Assembly (NCBI GenBank): GCA_022769565.1
Contig: JALEJQ010000008.1
Span: 15,833 to 79,832 of the forward strand
Source of the DNA: Oscillospiraceae bacterium
GTDB taxonomy: Bacteria; Bacillota; Clostridia; Oscillospirales; Ruminococcaceae
Direction: 5' to 3'
Length of the DNA: 64,000 nucleotides
Each line of letters opens with the position of its first letter. Within the stretch, counting starts at the first letter, position 1. Shown piece after piece: positions 60,613 to 64,000 of the stretch. Below the pieces are notes generated by a model that worked only from the letters and a program-made list of their open reading frames with translations, did no database searches and had not been told where the DNA came from. The translations under genes and the position numbers were made by a program.

Positions 60613-63600
60613 CTACCCGTTGCTGTCCAGATACTCTTCCACTTCGGCAATAACAAGCCTGTAAAGCGCCATTGCTTCTCCGTGGTGCGCTTTTACATAC
60701 TCCGTATCGCCGTTTCTTGCGGCATTCTCCAGCTTTTTCGCCGCTTCGGAAAGCTCCTTTGCGCCAATTCCCAGGGAGGTGCTTTTCAGTGAATGGATAA
60801 CTATCTCGTAATTCTTCATATCCCCTGCTGCAAAGCAGTTTTCCGCCATTTCAGCAGTTTTGCCGCTCTGTTCAAGGTAGATGGTCATTATCCTTTCAAG
60901 AAGCTCTGCGCTGCCGTCGGCGTAAAGCAGACCTGTTTTTATATCGATGTGTTTAAGCTGCTCTGCGGCGGCTGTCGGCTTTTTGCTCTGTAGGTCAGGC
61001 TCGCAGGGCGGCTTTATCAGCTCTTCGGGAAGATAACGCAGTATCATCCGCTCCAGCTCCGCTCCGCTGACAGGCTTTGTAAGATAATCGTCGAAGCCCT
61101 TGTCAAGATACATCTGCCTTGAACCTGCAACGGCGTTGGCGGTAAGGATTATTACGGGAACGTCACGGCAAAGCCCCTCTCCACACCGTATTTTTTCAAG
61201 AGTTTCAATGCCGTCCATTTCCGGCATCATATGGTCAAGAAGTATCATTGAATAACGCTTCTTTGCCGCCGCTTCAAGACATTTTGCTCCGCCTGATGCG
61301 GCATCTATCTTTATCTTCGTACCCTTCAGCAGGCTTTTTACGACCTCAATGTTCATTTTATTGTCGTCAACAACAAGTATTTCCGCATCGGGGGCGCTGA
61401 AAAGGTGCGCTCCTTTATTTTTGCCGAGGGAGCTGCCGCCGGGACGGAAGGAGAGCTTTCCCACCGTTTCAGCCGAGATCCTTTTCTGCTTTACCGAGAA
61501 GCCGAACACCGAGCCTGAGCCGTATTCGCTGATAAATTCCAACTTGCTGTCCATCATTTCAAGAAGATTCCGTGATATGCTAAGTCCCAGGCCTGTGCCT
61601 TCAATGCCTCTGTTCCGCTTTTCGTCCAGACGTTCAAATTCCGCAAACAGCTTATCCTGCTCCTCTTCCTTTATGCCTATTCCCGAATCCTCAACGGAAA
61701 CGCACAGCAGCACGTTCTCCCCGTCCTCTTCCTCGCAGCGTATCTTAAGCGTAACATGACCCTTTTCGGTGTATTTTACGGCGTTGCTTAGAAGGTTGGA
61801 TATTACCTGCTTTATGCGCAGGTCGTCGCCGTAAAGGAATCTTGGCGTATCGGGGGAGACCTCGCAGCGGAATTCAAGCCCCTTTTCACGGCATTTCATC
61901 TCCGCCATTCCCGCAAGGTCGCTTATAACAACGGATATGTCGTAATCCGCAGGTATCAGCTTCATCTGTCCCGATTCTATCTTTGAAACGTCAAGTATAT
62001 CGCTGACAATGGCAAGCAGCATCGTTCCCGAATGCTTTATATCGGAGGCATAGCGCACTATCTGCGGATCGGCACATTCTCTCAGTATCATTTCATCCAT
62101 TCCAAGAATGGTGTTTATAGGAGTGCGTATCTCATGGGAAACGTTGGCAAGGAAACGACTTTTTGCGTTGTTTGCTTTGTCCGCTTCCTCCTTGGCGGCT
62201 CTTATTTCCTCATACTGCCGCTTTATAACGCCTATGTTTCCTATTTTGGTTATTACCCAAGTAATAAAGACCGCCGCTCCTATTGCAACTATGGCAAGAT
62301 ATATCTTGAATACAGGCTGCTCAAAGAACTGCGCCTCCTTTTCCACAAGATATACCTTTTCAAGCGCAGGCTCTCCGCTGTTAGGGTCGATGACCTGCAG
62401 GTGGAAATAATAGCTGCCGTAGGGGATATTTGTGAAGCTCACTTCGTCAAGACCGCTCTGGTTCACATACATTCCCTTTTCTTCAAAGCCTTCAAGGAAA
62501 ATATAAAGCTCGGGGTCGTTAAGTGTGTAGTTGAGTACAACAGGCTGGAAGCTAACTCTGTTTGCCTCTGCAGGAATAACGAACCTGCCGTCATATCCGC
62601 CGACATTTTCGGGAAGTATCACCGTTCCGTCAGAAAGGCTGACGTTGTTTACGGACAGCTTGTAATCCATTCTCGGCTCGGAAAGCTCGCTTAACAGAAC
62701 GTATCTTATGCCCGTGCTGCAGCAAAGATAAAGTCCGCCCTTTCCGTCGGGCTTGCTCCATGAATTTGCGGTTATGGAGGTGTTAAGTCCGCTGCGCTTG
62801 TTGTAAAGAACGCAGCTTTCACAGCGGTTTGCGGCAAGGTCGTCGCCGTTTACTTCAAAAATGCCTGCGCTGCTTAAAATAAGCACCCTTCCGCTTTCCT
62901 CGTCTGCAAGAACGTCAAAGTTGTTTGTATAGCGGAAGCCGGTCAGCTTGCTTACGTTTCCCTCCTTGTCCATAAGGAAAAGTGAATTGCCCGTAACGAT
63001 AAAAAATACGTCCTTGTATTTTGTGATACGCATAACTACAAGAGAGGTCAGACCGTCATCCTCGCCTATGTTCTTGTAAATGCGTCCGCCTTTTATAACA
63101 TATATTCCGTCGCCGTCGCTTCCTGCAAGAACAGTTCCGTCCTCAAGCTCTGCGGCGCATAATATCTGCGGCATTTCCAGTCCGTGGTCGGTTCCGAGGG
63201 TGCATATGACCTTGCCCTCCTGAATGTATGAAAGTCCCGTTGTGGATGAGGCAAGAATACTTCCGTCACTCAGCTCGGTGACAAAACGGAACTTTGAACC
63301 GAGAGTACCTCCGCTGCTTTCTGAGTAGACCGCTGTTTCCCCGTTTTCGGGTTTGTATCGGAAAAGTCCCTCCGTGCCATAGGTGCTTATCCATATGTAT
63401 CCCTTGGAATCGGCGTAAACATGGCGTATCCTTGTACCGTCAAGGCGCCTTGTAAGCTCGTTTTCGACTTCCCTTCCCGTTGCATCGTCAATTATTTTAA
63501 GCCCGTTGTCAAAACCAAAATAAATGCAGCCGCCGTATATCTCCGCAGCGTTGGCAGTTTCGGGGGGAAAGCCGTACTCGGCGTTAATGTCGGTAAAAGG

Positions 63601-63999
63601 GTTCTTGGACAGCTTCATCAAGCCCTGTCTTGCGGAAACGAACCAGTAGTTACCCTGATAATCGGTTATAACATCGTCAACTCTGCCGCTGAAATCTTCG
63701 CATCTTATTATTTCCGAAGAGAATTTTTCATCAGCATGGGCAAGACCTGCATCGCCGCAGAACCACCAGCCGCCGCTGCCGTCGGGCTTTATGGAGCATA
63801 TTCCGCTTATGCCCCCTGCGTAAGCTTTGCTGCCGAAGGAAATGCCGTCGTTATCCACAATACAGCTGTAAATGTAGGAGCCTGAGCTTCCCGCAAGAAA
63901 TTTTCTGCCCTTTTCAAAGCAAACGCAGGAAAAGCTCAGCCCGTTCCCGGGAGTTATAGCAGCTTTATATATTTTTTCTCCGTCAATGGCAAAAAGCAC
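60613..63999 (-). CDS. hybrid sensor histidine kinase/response regulator (beta-propeller + Y_Y_Y sensor, HisKA, HATPase, REC, Hpt); 5' end outside window
   Basis: H-box SHEIRTPIN, ATPase G-boxes, REC ILVVDDNKMN...DHMMPEMDG, and C-terminal Hpt HSLKSTSLGIGA. The ORF is still open at the window edge. Confidence 0.85.
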   Translation of the reverse strand: MLFAIDGEKIYKAAITPGNGLSFSCVCFEKGRKFLAGSSGSYIYSCIVDNDGISFGSKAYAGGISGICSIKPDGSGGWWFCGDAGLAHADEKFSSEIIRCEDFSGRVDDVITDYQGNYWFVSARQGLMKLSKNPFTDINAEYGFPPETANAAEIYGGCIYFGFDNGLKIIDDATGREVENELTRRLDGTRIRHVYADSKGYIWISTYGTEGLFRYKPENGETAVYSESSGGTLGSKFRFVTELSDGSILASSTTGLSYIQEGKVICTLGTDHGLEMPQILCAAELEDGTVLAGSDGDGIYVIKGGRIYKNIGEDDGLTSLVVMRITKYKDVFFIVTGNSLFLMDKEGNVSKLTGFRYTNNFDVLADEESGRVLILSSAGIFEVNGDDLAANRCESCVLYNKRSGLNTSITANSWSKPDGKGGLYLCCSTGIRYVLLSELSEPRMDYKLSVNNVSLSDGTVILPENVGGYDGRFVIPAEANRVSFQPVVLNYTLNDPELYIFLEGFEEKGMYVNQSGLDEVSFTNIPYGSYYFHLQVIDPNSGEPALEKVYLVEKEAQFFEQPVFKIYLAIVAIGAAVFITWVITKIGNIGVIKRQYEEIRAAKEEADKANNAKSRFLANVSHEIRTPINTILGMDEMILRECADPQIVRYASDIKHSGTMLLAIVSDILDVSKIESGQMKLIPADYDISVVISDLAGMAEMKCREKGLEFRCEVSPDTPRFLYGDDLRIKQVISNLLSNAVKYTEKGHVTLKIRCEEEDGENVLLCVSVEDSGIGIKEEEQDKLFAEFERLDEKRNRGIEGTGLGLSISRNLLEMMDSKLEFISEYGSGSVFGFSVKQKRISAETVGKLSFRPGGSSLGKNKGAHLFSAPDAEILVVDDNKMNIEVVKSLLKGTKIKIDAASGGAKCLEAAAKKRYSMILLDHMMPEMDGIETLEKIRCGEGLCRDVPVIILTANAVAGSRQMYLDKGFDDYLTKPVSGAELERMILRYLPEELIKPPCEPDLQSKKPTAAAEQLKHIDIKTGLLYADGSAELLERIMTIYLEQSGKTAEMAENCFAAGDMKNYEIVIHSLKSTSLGIGAKELSEAAKKLENAARNGDTEYVKAHHGEAMALYRLVIAEVEEYLDSNG

Positions 64000-64000
64000 A

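Noticed and set aside
1-64000. Prophage, integrative element or defence island
   Set aside because: I recognise no integrase, transposase, recombinase, phage structural gene, restriction-modification system, cas gene or toxin-antitoxin pair. The repeat families are non-autonomous, and the gene content is otherwise core-like.

Overview
This 64-kb window looks like chromosome from an anaerobic, spore-forming, motile Firmicute (Clostridia/Oscillospiraceae-like). That assignment is inferred from gene content only; no database search was possible. I support about 55 protein genes. They are mostly housekeeping or accessory metabolism: TetR, patatin, SpoVAD, lipase, MntP behind a yybP-ykoY riboswitch, Maf, MATE, GH13, a GH94 cellobiose phosphorylase, NadE, ProBA, AzlCD, an MCP, a CheW-CZB protein, two sensor systems and a Ser/Thr kinase cluster. 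There are no rRNA or tRNA genes, CRISPR arrays, transposases or integrases. Two things stand out. (1) A 13.8-kb, 16-gene minus-strand operon (22087-35901) encodes sulfate uptake, CysDN, an AprAB-like APS reductase, a small sulfite reductase, a TusA-like protein, Trx/TrxB, and a ThiS-like/ThiF-like/JAMM trio next to MetY. This is a protein-thiocarboxylate route from sulfate to homocysteine, with unusual additions. (2) The intergenic space is unusually rich in at least four families of structured palindromic repeats. The most interesting is a roughly 160-nt family with TACTAAT...ATTAGTA termini: 4 full copies plus derivatives. Its copies show compensatory base changes and strand-specific G-U pairs, and they always lie inside transcribed UTRs. 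One copy fills the whole predicted 5' leader of a lipase gene. All product calls rest on motifs I recognise by eye.
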